Positions 42,996 through 56,997 of a stretch of DNA of 64,000 nucleotides are shown here, one piece after another (position 1 is the stretch's first letter; every line of letters begins with the position of its first letter). The DNA lies in NCBI RefSeq assembly GCF_009914755.1, contig NC_060927.1, one strand, 5' to 3'. This stretch comes from the human T2T-CHM13v2.0 reference genome, Homo sapiens. The notes beneath the pieces were generated by a model. It saw nothing but the letters and a program-made list of their open reading frames with translations. It did not search any database and had not been told where the DNA came from. The translations under genes and the position numbers were made by a program.

Positions 42996-43555
42996 ATACA
43001 CTAAGGCAGTTATCTGCACTAAGTAGAACAGCTTTGTGAATTGAGAATGGAAAATAACTGTGTCAAAGATTGGTCCAGTGAGAGCAGAACTTCTTCCTTA
43101 GAATGTACCACACCTGTATGTACAGTGAAGATCATAGTGACAAGATGTATAGAAAATTAGAAGTATTTTCCAATTTCTTTTCTCTGGACTAGGTAAATCT
43201 CCCAGAACTCTTGAATGATTCTGGAAAAGAAGCAGTAACTAACTACCAATAAGCATGACTGATATTCTGTTTCCTAGATACTACCGAAAATATAGGAGTT
43301 CAAGCCAGATTATTTAAATTTAGGAAGCATCAAGATATAAGTTATTTGTATTCATTCTATGTATTGTCATGTTATGGAACAAGTTCCTGCTTAGTATCTG
43401 TCCAAATTCTATATTTAGTTTTATTTCATCTGGTAATAATGATACTAGACCACGAGATCTACCAGACAAGGATCTGCCTCTAAGTTACTAAAATGCATGT
43501 AAAATACTAAAATGCTTTTTTTTTCAAATTTCTTTAAGTATGTAATTCATTTACA

Positions 43556-44840
43556 CAAGAGGTCTTCAAAAAGTTCATGAAAAATGCACATTAGGAAAAA
43601 AACTACACATAGATTTCAAAACATTTTTTTCACCACAACAAATGTATACTAACTTGTTACAATGCATCTGAACAGCATCTAGTTTGAAGTACAGAAAAGG
43701 ATCAGTTTGAAAAGAAACCCTATCAGAACAACATGAATTCTGCTAAAATGGAAGCAAGAACAAATATAAAACTTATAGTGAATGTTGTGTAGAAGAGTGG
43801 TGAAATTATTAATGCTTTACAAAAAGTATATGAAGACAATGTTTCCAAGAAATAATCAGTTTACAAATGGATAACCCATTTTAGAAGGAATTAGATGATG
43901 TTGAAGATGAAGCTGGCTGTGGCAGAGTATCCACATCAATTTGCAAGAAAAAAATTCATCTTGTTCATGTCTTAGTTGAAGAAGATCAACAATTAACAGA
44001 GAAACAACCGCCAACACCACAGACATCTCAAGGGCTTCATCTTACACAACTCTGACTAAATAATTAAAGTTAAGTAGATTTTTCACTTGATGGATGCCAA
44101 AACCATTGCACCCATATCAGCTATAAACAAAAGTACAGCTTTCAATGGAAATTTTAAACAATCAATGTCAAGATCCTGAAGGAGTTCTTTGAAAAATAAT
44201 AATACGAGATGAACTATGACTTTGCCAGTATGATCCTCAAGATAAAGCACGATTATAGCAATGGCTGTCAAGAGGTGAAAGTGGTCCAGGCAAAGCAAAA
44301 GAGAACAAGTCAAGATCAAAGATTATGGCAATAGGTTTTTGGGATGCTCAAGGCATTTTGCTTGCTGGAGGGCCATAAAACAATAACATCTGCTTATTAA
44401 GACAGAGTTTTGAGGAAGTCGGTAATAACTTTAGCAGAAAAATGCTTAGAAAAGTTTCACCAGAGAGTCCTCTTCTATCATGACAATGTTCCTGCTTACT
44501 CCTTTCTTCATACAAGAGCAATTTTATGAGAGTTTCAATGGAAAATAATTAGGCATCTGCCTTATAGTTCTGATTTGGCTCCTTCTGTCTTATTTTTGTT
44601 TCCTAATCTAAAAAATCTTTAAGAAACACCTACTATTCTTCAGTTAATAATGTAAAAGGATTGCATTGGCATGGTTAAATTCCCAGAAACCTCAGTTATT
44701 TAGGGATGAACTGAATGGTTGATATTATTGCTTACCAAAGCACCTTGAACCTGATGGAGATTATGTTGAGAAATTAAGTTTGTATTTTTTATTTTTATAT
44801 GTTAATTCCTTTTCTCCATGAAGTGTTTAAAGTGCCATTG
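43556..44840 (+). mobile_element. Hsmar2 mariner DNA transposon, near full length (about 1.29 kb), decayed
   Basis: Left TIR caagaggtcttcaaaaagttcatgaaaa; right TIR ttctccatgaagtgtttaaagtgccattg; internal transposase remnant. Confidence 0.92.
43733..44779 (+). pseudogene. Hsmar2 transposase pseudogene (multiple stops and frameshifts)
   Basis: ATG gives MNSAKMEARTNIK; WMPKPL at 44091 (WVPxxL motif); HDN at about 44478; PYSSDLAPS at about 44560 (YSPDLAP motif). Confidence 0.88.
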
Positions 44841-45059
44841 TGTGTGCATATGAGAGGTCTGTATGTATGTATAGGCATAAATAAAAATACACATATGTTT
44901 ACATATTTATATTTACATATAACATCTTTTTATAACCAGATACTTAAGATCCAATTATTTTGATTTTGTTAGTATTTTTTAAATATATTCTAAAATGTTT
45001 AAAGTTATTTTTCCTTTTTAGTGATGTTTTTATATTTTTTCTATTATAGAAGATGCTTA

Positions 45060-45290
45060 GAAAGAGATGGGCCTGTGTTTAAAGGCTAGCTTAGCAGTGA
45101 TTTTTCTAGCTATGTAACCTTGAACAAGTTAAATTCTTTAGTACTTAGTCACTTTATCAGTACTATCAATAATATTGAAATTATTCTTTATCAATAACGA
45201 TTCTTACCTTTAGGGTTCTTGTGAGTATCAGATGAAATAATTTATGCAAAATATATAGCATATAACTGGCACTAGGTGGATTTTATTCTT
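45060..45290 (+). mobile_element. MIR
   Basis: ctagctatgtaaccttgaacaagtta...cttacctttagggttcttgtgagtat. Confidence 0.65.
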
Positions 45291-45634
45291 TTAAAAAGGA
45301 ATAATTAATTACTCAACATATCCTATGATGGGTGTTTTTAAAAAAAATCATTAATGGCTCCCAGAGTTATGACATATATAGGGCCCACCGAGTTTATAGT
45401 GTTTCTTTGTTACTCATTGGTTATAAACATCTACTGTGAAGCTGCCCAGGTCCATCCTCATAGATGTACCATGTAGTCCTTTTTTGCAGGCTTAGAAAGA
45501 GTGCAGGTTCTTTCTGCTAATCTCAACTTCCCAGTAGTAGACAATACCTCTATGGTTTGTGTGAAAAGTATCTAATTTCCCTGCTTGTTTCCAAGTGCTT
45601 TTCCTGGCCCACCCCCATCACACCTCTATACCCA

Positions 45635-46125
45635 TGTATTAATTAGGAATAGGCTAAACTGTGAATAACAGGAGCCCAAAATGACAGTGGCTAAATAAAA
45701 GTACAATTCTCTCTCATGCAGATGTCAGCAGTGGTTTGTCCTGAAGTTATAGGATGTACCTGCTACAATAAATCTTCCTACTATGTTGTTCTGCTATTCC
45801 TGACCACCATTACCAAGACAAATTCATGGACCAAAATAGCCACACTGACTTCAGCTATCATGCCTACATTCAGGAAGACAGATGAGGCAAAGAAGTAAAT
45901 AGAGGCAAAGTGTACATGCAGATTGACTGAAGAAAAGTGCCCAGATCTGGAGTATAATACATTACCCTAGATGAAATTTATTCACGTGTCCAAACCTAAT
46001 ATGCATAGAAGTGTAGGAAATAATTTTATTTATTTCTAGGCAGAAATGTCTAGAACTAAAAGTGTAACTATTCCTATGGAAGAAGGGGAACAGAGATATT
46101 GGAGAAAATTAACTGTATCTGGCAT
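45635..46125 (-). mobile_element. MLT1 (I/J-like) MaLR LTR
   Basis: tgtattaattaggaataggcta...cccaaaatgacagtggct; ends gatattggagaaaattaactgtatctggca. Confidence 0.55.
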
Positions 46126-46804
46126 GAGCCACCAAAAACTGCCTGACTTAACCTGAAAATTATCTAAATCTTCCTCAAGGTTTTGACTTATGGAACATAA
46201 AAATCAGTAAGGTGTGCAGGCTATTTCCACCTTCTGCCTTTCTTCATATCTCCTCTGAGGCACTAAACAGGAGCAGGCCTCCTTCATAAATAGATAAAGA
46301 AAATTCAAGGGGAAATGAGACTTAAAACATCTGAAAAGTTATGGAACTATATATGTCAAGTGGCTGACTCAACAAGTACTCAATAAGAGGTAGTCATTAT
46401 AAATTATTATCCTGGTTAATCCAGGGTATTATACAAAACACATGATACTTTTAAAAATCTATATAGTGGTTCCACTATTACCTTCAGATTCTTCCTGGTC
46501 TACTGTTACAATTACTTTACATTAACTTTAAAGTGGAAAAACAAATGAATAAATATATAACCCTACTCACAACTCACAAAATTCTCCTTTATAGGCACAT
46601 CTACCATCAGAACATAGCATTTTTTGTTCATTTTGTTTAGATATTGATATAATCTACATATGTATCAGGGATAATGATAATACATTGTAGTGGAAATAAA
46701 CCCTGGGCTAGAAATCACAAATAAATTATTGAAAGAAAGTGGTAATACAATTTTTAGTTATTAGTTCTTTGACTTAGGGCAAGTAAATAATGTTTCAAGT
46801 TTTT

Positions 46805-47349
46805 AACGCAAAATTTTCAGCAACTAATCAACTTATATTCTTGTTTTAATGTTTGTTTCTATTCCAAGGTACCTTATTTACTCTACAGGTGATTCATTAA
46901 CATTGAATACAACCAACAGCACCACAACTCATGTGTGAAGAAAGCTTCTCTAATACATATATTTTCTCCAAATAGTACATCATACCCTTCTTGTGCTTAG
47001 GAACGCTGGACAGCACTTCTCACGGTGTTCCGGGAAGATATTAAACAGCAAATCACCAAAAAAAAAAAAATCACAAAAAATGTGAAAAATGTGACATTAA
47101 ATAGACTACAAAAGCACACTAATTTACAGCATAAGACTTAATATGAGAAGGCAGAACTACTGCTACTGCCTTATTCAGTCTGAGCTAGGAACATGTATAT
47201 TGGCAATTGAAATTTTTTACCACTCTGCACATGTGCATGTCCACAAAAGGCTATGAACGTGCTTAAAGGATTAATTTGGGATTAGAAGTAAATTTTATTG
47301 AGTAGACAAATCTGCAAATATGGAATCTACAAATAATGAGACTTAACTA
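46805..47349. mobile_element. MER82 (TcMar-Tigger) MITE, one end truncated
   Basis: tgattcattaacattgaa...ccttcttgtgcttaggaacgctggacagcactt...gcaaatatggaatctacaaataatgag. Confidence 0.75.
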
Positions 47350-50300
47350 TCCACACTCCTCCCCTAAACACAAACATACATACTTATATAAAAGTAATTC
47401 CTATTTTAATAACAGTATAATATTCCATAGTATGAGTGCACTACATTTATATAAACATCATTGAATGCATGTTTGCTCTGTCACTATTCCCTTTTGAATA
47501 TTTGTGCCGATGCCAATATCTTATCTTTATAAGCAATGCTGCAATAAATATCCAGGCACATTTATCCTCAGAACATTTATATTTATAGAAATTTATGAAA
47601 AATGACATTTCTGGAAAAGACTATTGTTTTTGTTTGAAATAAAAGATTATTGTTTTTATTTGTGTATTGTTTTTATTTGAATATAGAGTTCTTTAAAAGT
47701 AATTTTTTAAAAATGTAGCAATCAACACTCTAACTAGAAATATATAGAAGCACCAATATAAGGGAAAGTTACTTAACCTAGTTATCCATACTTCATTTGC
47801 AAAAAGTAAAAACACATCAATTTCACATAATTGTAATAAATCTATGAAATAATATATGTGGAAATATCATATATGCTTAAGTGTTATGTATCTACTTACT
47901 TGAAGTTGCCCTGTTATGAGTATTCCATTAAAACAATGAATCAATATTTAACCGTTTTCCTAATGGGCCTTCTTCAGGGTATTTACGTTTATTATTATTA
48001 TATCCTTCTGGATCTTTTTCCTGAGAGGAGGTAAATAACATTTTCTTTACATATTTTCTGGAATAATTCTATTTTTTATTTAAGATTATAAAATAATAAA
48101 CTTTTTCTAGAAACAATTCTAATAGGCAAATAATGTTCAAACATGTATATGAATATATCACTATATTTATATTGCCCTATATAAGACATTTAGATTTTTT
48201 CTGAAACATTATATTCAATTAACCTTATTGCTGTATAATATTGTACAATAAACTTAACTCATTTAAATTGTACAATTCAATGAATTTTGATAGTTATATA
48301 CATTTTTAAAGCCATTACTGCAATCAAGATACAGAACATTTTCTCTCCCTAAAAGAATTTTCTCATGCACTTATGTAGTCAGTTCCTTCTTCCACCCCAG
48401 AACCCTCAGAATGGAATGATCTGCTTTCTGTCACTGTAGATTTGTCTGCATTTTATAGAAGTTCATGTAAATGGAATTATAGCATGTGCACTTTTTTCTG
48501 TCTGGCTTCTTTCAATGAGGATACTATTTTTGATATTCATATGTGTTGTGTGTATGCCTGGTGCATTTTTATTGCCAAGTGCTGTGCCATTTTTTGAATA
48601 TACTATCATTTTGATTATCCATTTACATAGTGATTGAAATTAGCGTGTTTTCCACTTTGGACCAATTTAGAATAAAGCTGCTATGAACATTGATGTAAAA
48701 ATTTTTGTGTGTTCAGATGCTTTCACTGTGAAAGTACAAGATACTGTGGTAAGTACATGTTTAACTTTACAAGGAAACTAACAAATAGTTTTCTAAAAGT
48801 GCTTGTGTAATTTCCCATTTTCACCAGAAGTGTATGAGGAAGGTTCCAGTTTCTCCATATTCTCATCAATGTTACTCTTGTTGGGATTTTTAATTACAGC
48901 TATGTTAATGTGTATATAATGACATTTCATTGGGGTTTTAATTCTCATTGTCCCAATGACTAATGATGCTGAATATTTTTCATCCACTTTTTAGCCATTT
49001 ATATATCTTTTTTGTGAAGTTCTCATTTAAATATTTTGTCTAGTTTTTATTAGTTTGTTCTATTTAAAACTTTAAAAATTTAGGAGTTTTAAGAACGCTT
49101 TACATATTCTTGAAACATGTTATTTGCCAGATAAATGTAACATAAATATTTTCTCTCCTTTCGTGGTTTGTCTTTTTGCTTTTATAATGGTGTATTTTGA
49201 AAACCAATTTTTTTATTTTTATAAAAATTTAATGTATTATTACGTATGTCCCTTTTCAAGTTAATTTTTCTAAATAATATGAAGTAAGGACTGAGTTCAT
49301 TTTTTTAACATTACTAGCCAGATGTTCCAGCATTTTTTTTAAGAATGCCCTTTCCTCATTATATTGCCTTAGCACGTTTCTCAAAAATCAATTTACCATG
49401 TTGATCTATATCTAGATTCTATATTTTTTAATTCATCTATATTTATCTTTTTACAAATACCACATATATCTTGATTACGGCAGCATTATTAAAAATCTTG
49501 AAATCCAGTATTATGAATCCTCCAACTTTGTTCTTTCTAAATTGGTTTTTTATTTCATTTGCATTCCCATTTAAATTTTAAAATCAACCTGTCAAAACCG
49601 GCTGAGATATTTTAGTCTTTCATTTCTGGTCTTTTTCAATTATATGTCTTTTACTTATTTTTGACTAACTGAAATTACTAAGACTGCCAATAGATATCTT
49701 GACATTTTTGTCTTGGTCCTACTCTTGAGGAAAAAAGAGTTTTTCTCCATTAAGTATGTTACCTATATAATTTCCATTAATGTCTTTAATCAGGATAGGG
49801 AAATTCCTTCTAATTCCCAGCTGGCCAAAAATTTGTAACTTCAATAGATAGTGATTTGGTCAAGTGCTTTTTTGATGCATCATAATTTTTATATTACTGG
49901 ATTTGATACTTAAATATTTTGTTAAAGTTGTTTTACTTATGTTCATGAAAGATATTAACATATAATTTTTTCTTGAAATATATTTGTCTGGTTTTGGTAT
50001 CAGAGGATTACAGATATCATAAAATGAGTTGGAATGTATTCACTCCTTATCTGTTTTCTGAAATAATTTAGGTAGGATTGGCATTCTTTCTTTGTACTTT
50101 TTTTTTTTTTTTTTTGAGAATTAACCAGTGAAAGTCTCTGGGTCTGAGATTTATTAGCAGGAAAGTTTAAATTTTGAATACAATACATTTTGTTAATTAG
50201 AGGTATTCAGGATTTCTATTTATTTTATTGACAGTTTTGTAATTTTTACTTTTGAAGAATTTTTTCAGTTCAAATAAGTTGTCAAACATATTAGTATAAA

Positions 50301-50420
50301 GTTTTAAATAATACTTAACTATTGTTTTAAAGATTTTAATGTCTGTATTAGCATCTTCTCTTTCATTCCTGATATTTATAATATTGCTTTCTTTTTAAAT
50401 ATTGTAATCAATCTTTCTAA

Positions 50421-50755
50421 CAGGGGATGGTAAGCCACAATTCGTGGGCATATCCATCTTGCTACCTGTTTTTGTATTACCCATAGACTGAGAATGGCTT
50501 TTATAATTTTAAATATTTGAAAAAATACCAAAAGTGGAAAAGCACTTTGTAATACATCAAGATTATATAAAATTCAAATTTCAGTGTCAATAAAGTTTTA
50601 TTGGAAAACATCTGTGTACATTTACTTACAACCCAATATATGCTTGCTTTTATGCTACATCAATAAAGTTTCATATTTATAACAAAGATCTCATGGCAGT
50701 AAGTCCTAAGAAGTAAATCATTTAGCCCTTTTCTGAAAATGCTTGCTAATATGAG
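50421..50755. mobile_element. MER58B-like hAT-Charlie MITE
   Basis: cagggg start; aaattcaaatttcagtgtcaataaagttttattggaa. Confidence 0.7.
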
Positions 50756-51487
50756 TTTAGGATTTTATCAACTTTATTGATATTTCAAAAAACCGTTATT
50801 TACTTTTATTGATTTTTCTCTACTGGACATCTATTTTCTGTTTTACCCATTTCTGCTATTATCTTTATTATTTCTTCCACATGATATTGAATTAATTTTT
50901 CCTCCTCCATTTTCAGCTTTACAAGATGGAATCATTCATTATTGACTTTCTTGTTTTATTATATAAGCATTTAAAAATATAAAATTTTCTCTGAGCAAAG
51001 ATAAGCTGTAGTCCACAAATTTGAATATGCTGTATTTTCATTTTTATGCAATCTATTTTTAAAAAACTGGTGACTTCTCTTTGCTGTGTAAAATGGAAAT
51101 GTTTAATTCTAAATATTGGGATATTTTCTACATATGTTATTGATTATTTATAACATAATCTTGTTGTGGTCAGAGAATATTGTTTATAATATTTCAATAT
51201 TTTGAAGTCTATTAAGATATTCTTATGGCCCACTATGAAGTTTACCTTGATGACTGCTCTGTGTGCACTTAAAATTATATTCTTCAGTTGTTGGTTGGAG
51301 TATTCTATGAATATCATTTAGCTAAATATGGTTGATCAATGCATTCTGATTTTTATATATTGATTTGGTGTCTAGCTGAACTATTAATTATGGAGAGATT
51401 TGTTTTAAGTCTCTCACTATGATTGTAGATTTGTGTATTTATCACTTTAGTTCTTTCAATATTTACTTCATGTATGTTGAAGCTTTA

Positions 51488-51879
51488 TGCTATGGTTTGA
51501 ATGTGTGCCCTCCAAAATTCAGGTATTGGAACCTAATACCCAATGAGATGGTATTAAGAACTGACTTTTAAGAGGTCATGAGGGTTTATCCCATCATGAA
51601 TGGGATTAGGGTTCTTATAGAAGAGGCTTCACATAGCATTCAGCTTTCACTTGCTCTTCCACATTCCACTATGTGATGACACAGAGATCTTCCTCTTAAG
51701 AGGATTTAGGACCAGAGTACCACCTTGGAAGCAGAGGTCAGCCCTCCCCAGATGACCAAAGTACTAGCACTTTGGTCTTCAACTTGCCAGTTTCTAGAAC
51801 TGTGAGAAATACATTTCTATCATTTATAAATTACGTAGTCTGAGTTATTTTGTTATAGCAGCACAAACAGACTGAGACA
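51488..51879 (+). mobile_element. MST (B/C/D-like) MaLR solo LTR
   Basis: tgctatggtttgaatgtgtgccctccaaaattc...tgttatagcagcacaaacagactgagaca. Confidence 0.85.
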
Positions 51880-53179
51880 ATTAAATTATTAGGTGTTTAT
51901 ACATTGGTAATTGCTTTATTCCTGATATTTTTATCCTTTTCCTGTTTGAAGTGTCTTGTTTCTATCAACAAGACATCAACAAGATGCCTTGTCTTGAAGC
52001 AAATGCTGCTTGATATTAATGTTGTCACTCTAATATTTTCATGCTTAGTATTGGTACTGTATGTAATTTTTCATCCTTTAACTATCTATATCTTTTTATT
52101 TACATGCATCTCTTCAAGATAAAATATCATTGGTTCTTGCTTTTGAACTCAGTCAATATGTGAATTTTGATTGAAGCTTTTATGTGTACATAAATTATGG
52201 ATAAGAGTTTATGTCTATCACTTTACTATTCATATTCTATATATCACATATTTTTCTTTGTTCCTCATTTCCTGCCTTCCTTAGTTTTAATATCTACTTA
52301 AGTTTCTTTATTTTTGCCTATCTGCAACTTTTTGAATTATTTTTAATGATTAAGTATTAAAATAACCCCATTTACATTATGCTAATAAATATAGAGTTAA
52401 TAGTGAAACACATTAAATAAAATATAGGAAACTTATGATAGTATATGACCATCTTTCCCTCCACCAATCCTTACTGATATTATTGACATATGTAGGTTAT
52501 CTATCTATTTATCTATCTATCTAGATAAGGATATAAATTCACAGTGTTATAGTTTTTGCTTTAAATTGTCATATGTCTTTTTAAAAATTATCGTATATAT
52601 ATATATACACACACACGTACTCTATGTATACTGTTAATATATGCTATCATTCCTATTCACTACATGTTTAGCATTCCCAGTGCTCTTCACTTCTTTGCAT
52701 AGGTTCGAGTTGCTATACAATATCATTTCCCTTTCAGCTGAAGAACTTGTGTTAAACATTTTGCAGAGCAGGCCCACTGGCAAAAAGTATTCCTAACTGT
52801 TATTTTTTGCAGGATAGTTTCACTTAATATAGAATTGTTATTTGGTATTTTTTCTTTTAGCACTTTGAATATGTCAATCCAATATCTTCTAGCCACCACA
52901 GTCTCAGGTTAGAAGTGAGTCATTAATTATATGATTAATTCCCTTTAGGCAAATTTTTGTTCCTCTGGATGCTTTCAAGATTTACTCTTAATGTTTGGCT
53001 TGCTGAAGTATGGCTATGATATGCCTTGGAGTATTTGTGAATATTTATCTTGGTTGGGGTATATCAAGTTTCTTCATTATGCAAGTAAATGTTTTACATG
53101 AGATTTTGGAGGATTTTGGTCATTAATTGTTTTGACGTTTCTTTTTCTTCATTGTTTTCTCTTAAGAATGTTTTCTTTT

Positions 53180-54810
53180 TGGCCATTTGTATGTCTTCTT
53201 GGGAGAAATGTCTATTCAATTCTTTTGTTTATTTTTTGATCAAGGTTATTTGAGAGGTTTTTTTTTTTTTGCTATTGAGCTATGAGTTATAAGAGTTCCT
53301 TATATATTTTGGATATTAACTCTATAAGATATATGGTATACAAATATTTTCTCCCATTCTGTTGATTGCCCTTCAGTTTGTTGATTGTTTCTTTTGTTGT
53401 GAAGAAACTTTTAGTTTGATATAACCCTACTTATCTGGTTTTTTTCTTTTGTTGACCATGCTTTTAAAGTCATAGCCAAGAAGTCATTACTGATGCCAAT
53501 GTCTTGAAGATTTTTCCTGTTTTTGTTTTTCTTTCCTAGGAATTTAATGGTTTCTAGCTTATTTAAGTCTTTAATCCATTTTGAGTTGATTATTGTGTAT
53601 GGTATGAGATCAGGGTCCAGTTTCATTGTTTCGCATGTATAGAAATTTTCCCAACATCATTTATTAAAGAGACTATTCTTTCCTTATTGTCTATTCTTGA
53701 CACCCTTGTCAAAAATCAGTTGACCACATATGTATAGTTGGATTTCTAGTCTCTCTGTTCCATTGGTCTATGTATTTGATTTTATGCCAGTATCATGCTT
53801 CATTTTTGTTGCTCAAAATTGCTCTGGATATTTGGTGTCCTTTGTGGTTCCATATAAATCCTAAGATTGTTTTTTCTACTGTAAAAAGTGCCACTGAGAT
53901 TTGGTAGGAATTACTTTGAATCTATAGATTGCTTTGGGTACTGTGAACATTTTAACAATATTAAATTCTTATCATCCGTAAGTATGGATGTCTTTTCCAC
54001 TCATTTGTATCTGCTTTGTTTTTTTTTAAATCAGTGTTTTATAGTTTTCAGTGTACAAGTCTTTCACCTCCTTGGTTAAGTTTATTCTTAGTTACAAAAG
54101 GTAAAAATTGATTATCATATGATCCAGTAGCCCCATTTCTAGATACATAGCCTAAGGAATTTAAGTCAAGATTTTGAAGAGATATTTACATTTCCATGTT
54201 AATTATAGCATTATTCACAATAATCAAGATGGAAACAACTTAAATATCCATAAATGGATTTAAAAAATGTGATATATACATACAGCAAAGTATATTTATT
54301 CAGCATTAAAAAAGAGAAGGAAATTGTGCCATTTTCAACAACATGGGTGAACTCGGAGGACGTTATGTCTAATGAAATAAGCCAGACACAGAAAGACAAA
54401 TACTACATGATATCACTTATATGATGAACCTAAAATAATCAAACTCATAGAAGCAGAGAGTGGAATAGTAGTGCCAAAGGAGGAAACAAGGAGATATTAG
54501 TCAAAGAGAAACAAAAAGTTTCTGTTATATGAGATTTATAAGTCCGAGAGCTCTACCGTACAGTATAGTGCTTACAGCTGACAATATTGTATTACACACT
54601 TAAAAATTTGCTGGAGAGTACATCTTATGTTAAGTGTTCTTATCACAAGAAAACAACAATAATAATAAATAAGAGGGCAGGAGTGAATTTTTGGAGGCAA
54701 CAATTAGTCTTATGGCATTGATTGTGGTGATGCTTTCCATAGTGTTTACTTACATTCAAACTTTTTAAGTTGCACAAATTAATTATGTATACTTCTTTGC
54801 AAAAAAAGAT
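53180..54810 (+). mobile_element. L1MA/L1MB element: antisense ORF2 piece (53180-54090) abutting sense 3' end (about 54095-54810)
   Basis: ggccatttgtatgtcttcttgggagaaatgtc antisense; then atatgatccagtagccccatttctag sense through the 3'UTR. Confidence 0.75.
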
Positions 54811-54993
54811 AACGATTTTTAAAAATTTCTAAAGAAAGCATTAGTTAACTCAATGCAAAAGAATATTTGAAAATGTCACAACATGAATAGGTGAAAAGTT
54901 TTCCAAGAATAAAAGTTGGTCCAAAATAAAAAAAAAAAAATCTACCAATATGATTCTCCAAATTAACAGAACTAAGTAAAAAAAAAAACCTAT

Positions 54994-55548
54994 CGTTATG
55001 GTTAATTTCATGTCAACTTGACTAGCAAAGGCATGTCCTGATAGCTGTTAAAACTTTATTTCTGACTCTATCTGTAAGGGTGTTTCTGTAAGAGGTTAGC
55101 ATTTAAATAAATGAGCTGAGTAAAGGAAATCCACTGTCACCAATGTGAGTGGGCACATTTAATGCCTTGAAGGACTGAATAACAGACAAAAGGAGAATTC
55201 ATTGTCTTTCTTCTTGAGCTGGGACATCCATCTTCTCCTGACCTCAGACATAAGAGCTCCTGGTTCTTGGATCTTTGGACTATGGAATTTACATCAGAAC
55301 TCACCCTCCACCCCCACAAACACACCCATTCAATTCTACCTTTACCCCACCCCCCATTTTCTAGGCCTTCTGACTCAGATTGAATTACACCACTGGCTTT
55401 CCTAGTTCTCCAGCTTACATATGGCATGTTGCAGAACTTTTGGCCTGCATAATAGCATAAGCCAATTCCCATAATAAATATTCTGTGTCTATATCTGTAT
55501 CTATATATGCTACTGGTTCTGTTCCTCTAGAGAATTCTGAGTAATACA
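54994..55548 (+). mobile_element. MLT2B-like ERVL solo LTR
   Basis: gttatggttaatttcatgtcaacttgact...ggttctgttcctctagagaattctgagtaataca. Confidence 0.85.
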
Positions 55549-55641
55549 ACCATTTCAAGAAACAATTATTAATAATTTTGAAACTGTATACAAATTAAAT
55601 AAATGGAAACTTCATGACTTGGTAAAAGTTATACATTAAAA

Positions 55642-56327
55642 ATCCATGTCGCTACAAAGGACACAAACTCATCCCTTTTTATGGCTGCATAGTATTCCAT
55701 GGTGTATATGTGCCTTATTTTCTTAATCGAGTCTATCACTGAAGTACATTTGGGTTGGTTCCAAGTCTTTGCTATTGTGAATACTGCCACAATAAACATA
55801 TGTGTGCATGTGTCTTTATGGTAGCATGATTTATAATCTTTTGGGTATATACCCAGTAATTGAATCGCTGGGTCAAATGGTATTTCTAGTTCTAGATCCT
55901 TGAGGAATTGCCACACTGTCTTCCTCAATGGTTGAACTAGTTTACACTCCCACCAGCAGTGTAAAAGCGTTCCTATTTCTCCACATCCTCTTCAGCATCT
56001 GTTGTGTTCTTTGTAGCGACATAGATGAAACAGGAAACTATCACTCTGAGCAAACTGTCACAAGGACAGAAAACCAAACACCACCTGTTCTCATAGGTGG
56101 GAATTGAACAATGAGAACACTTGGACACAGGGTGGGGAACATCACACACCAGGGCCTGTTGTGCGGTGGGGTGATGGGGGAGAGATAGCATTAGGAGAAA
56201 TACTTAATGTAAATGATGAGTTAATGGGTGCAGCAAACCAACACGGCACATGTATACATACATATGTAACAAACCTGCACGTTGTGCACATGTACCCTAG
56301 AACTTAAAGTACACACACAAAAAAAAC
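55642..56327 (+). mobile_element. L1PA5/6-like short 5'-inverted insertion
   Basis: Antisense 55642 to about 56005, sense about 56002-56327 ending gaacttaaagta plus A tail. Confidence 0.9.
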
Positions 56328-56474
56328 AGTAAATATTTAACAATTGATAGAGGCACTTTATTTTTAAGGTCAGAGAGAATGCTGATACTATCAATTCTGC
56401 TCTTTATAATTGTATTGGAGGTTCTGTCCTATGTTATAATAAAATATACATTTTGTCTTTTCATAGATATTTAC

Positions 56475-56997
56475 AAGAATAATTTCTACTCACAGGCTTC
56501 TGCAATGTGATCTTGTTACTTCCCTATCAAGAGACAGAGTTTGTTTTTCCACTTCCTTGAATGATCAAAGTCTCTGTGACTTAATTGACAAATACAATAT
56601 GGCATACTCTTCCAACTTGACCTACTATAAAATTTACCTTTGAGATACTTACTCTTAGAATGCACCTGCTGTGTTGTGAGACATTTACGCCACTTGAAGA
56701 AGCTACATATAGAAGCTATAGCAGGCAGATACCAGCTGAAATTCCAGCTGGCAGCCAACATCAACTGTCAGTTATATGAATGAACCACCTTGAACAGCTA
56801 TCCCGGTGAAGCTTCAGATGCCTGCAACACCAGCCAACATTCTAACCATACAAAAGACCAAAATTATAACCACACAAAAACCAAAAACAAAACTCAACCA
56901 AGTAAGCCAAGTCAACCCAGAGAAATGTAAGAAATATTTTATTTTTCTTTAAAGGCCTTAAGTTTTGGAGTGTTTGGTACACAGCAATAAAAACAGG
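56475..56997 (+). mobile_element. MLT1 (F/G/H-like) MaLR LTR
   Basis: ccctatcaagag...ccagctggcagccaacatcaactgtcag...aagttttggagtgtttggtacacagcaata. Confidence 0.7.

Larger units (their letters stand above)
48230..53165 (-). mobile_element. Long old L1M (ME/MC-like) antisense remnant with nested MER58 and MST
   Basis: tgtacaattcaatgaattttg 3' end; aataaagctgctatgaacatt; cataaaatgagttggaa; gcaggatagtttcact. Confidence 0.7.
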
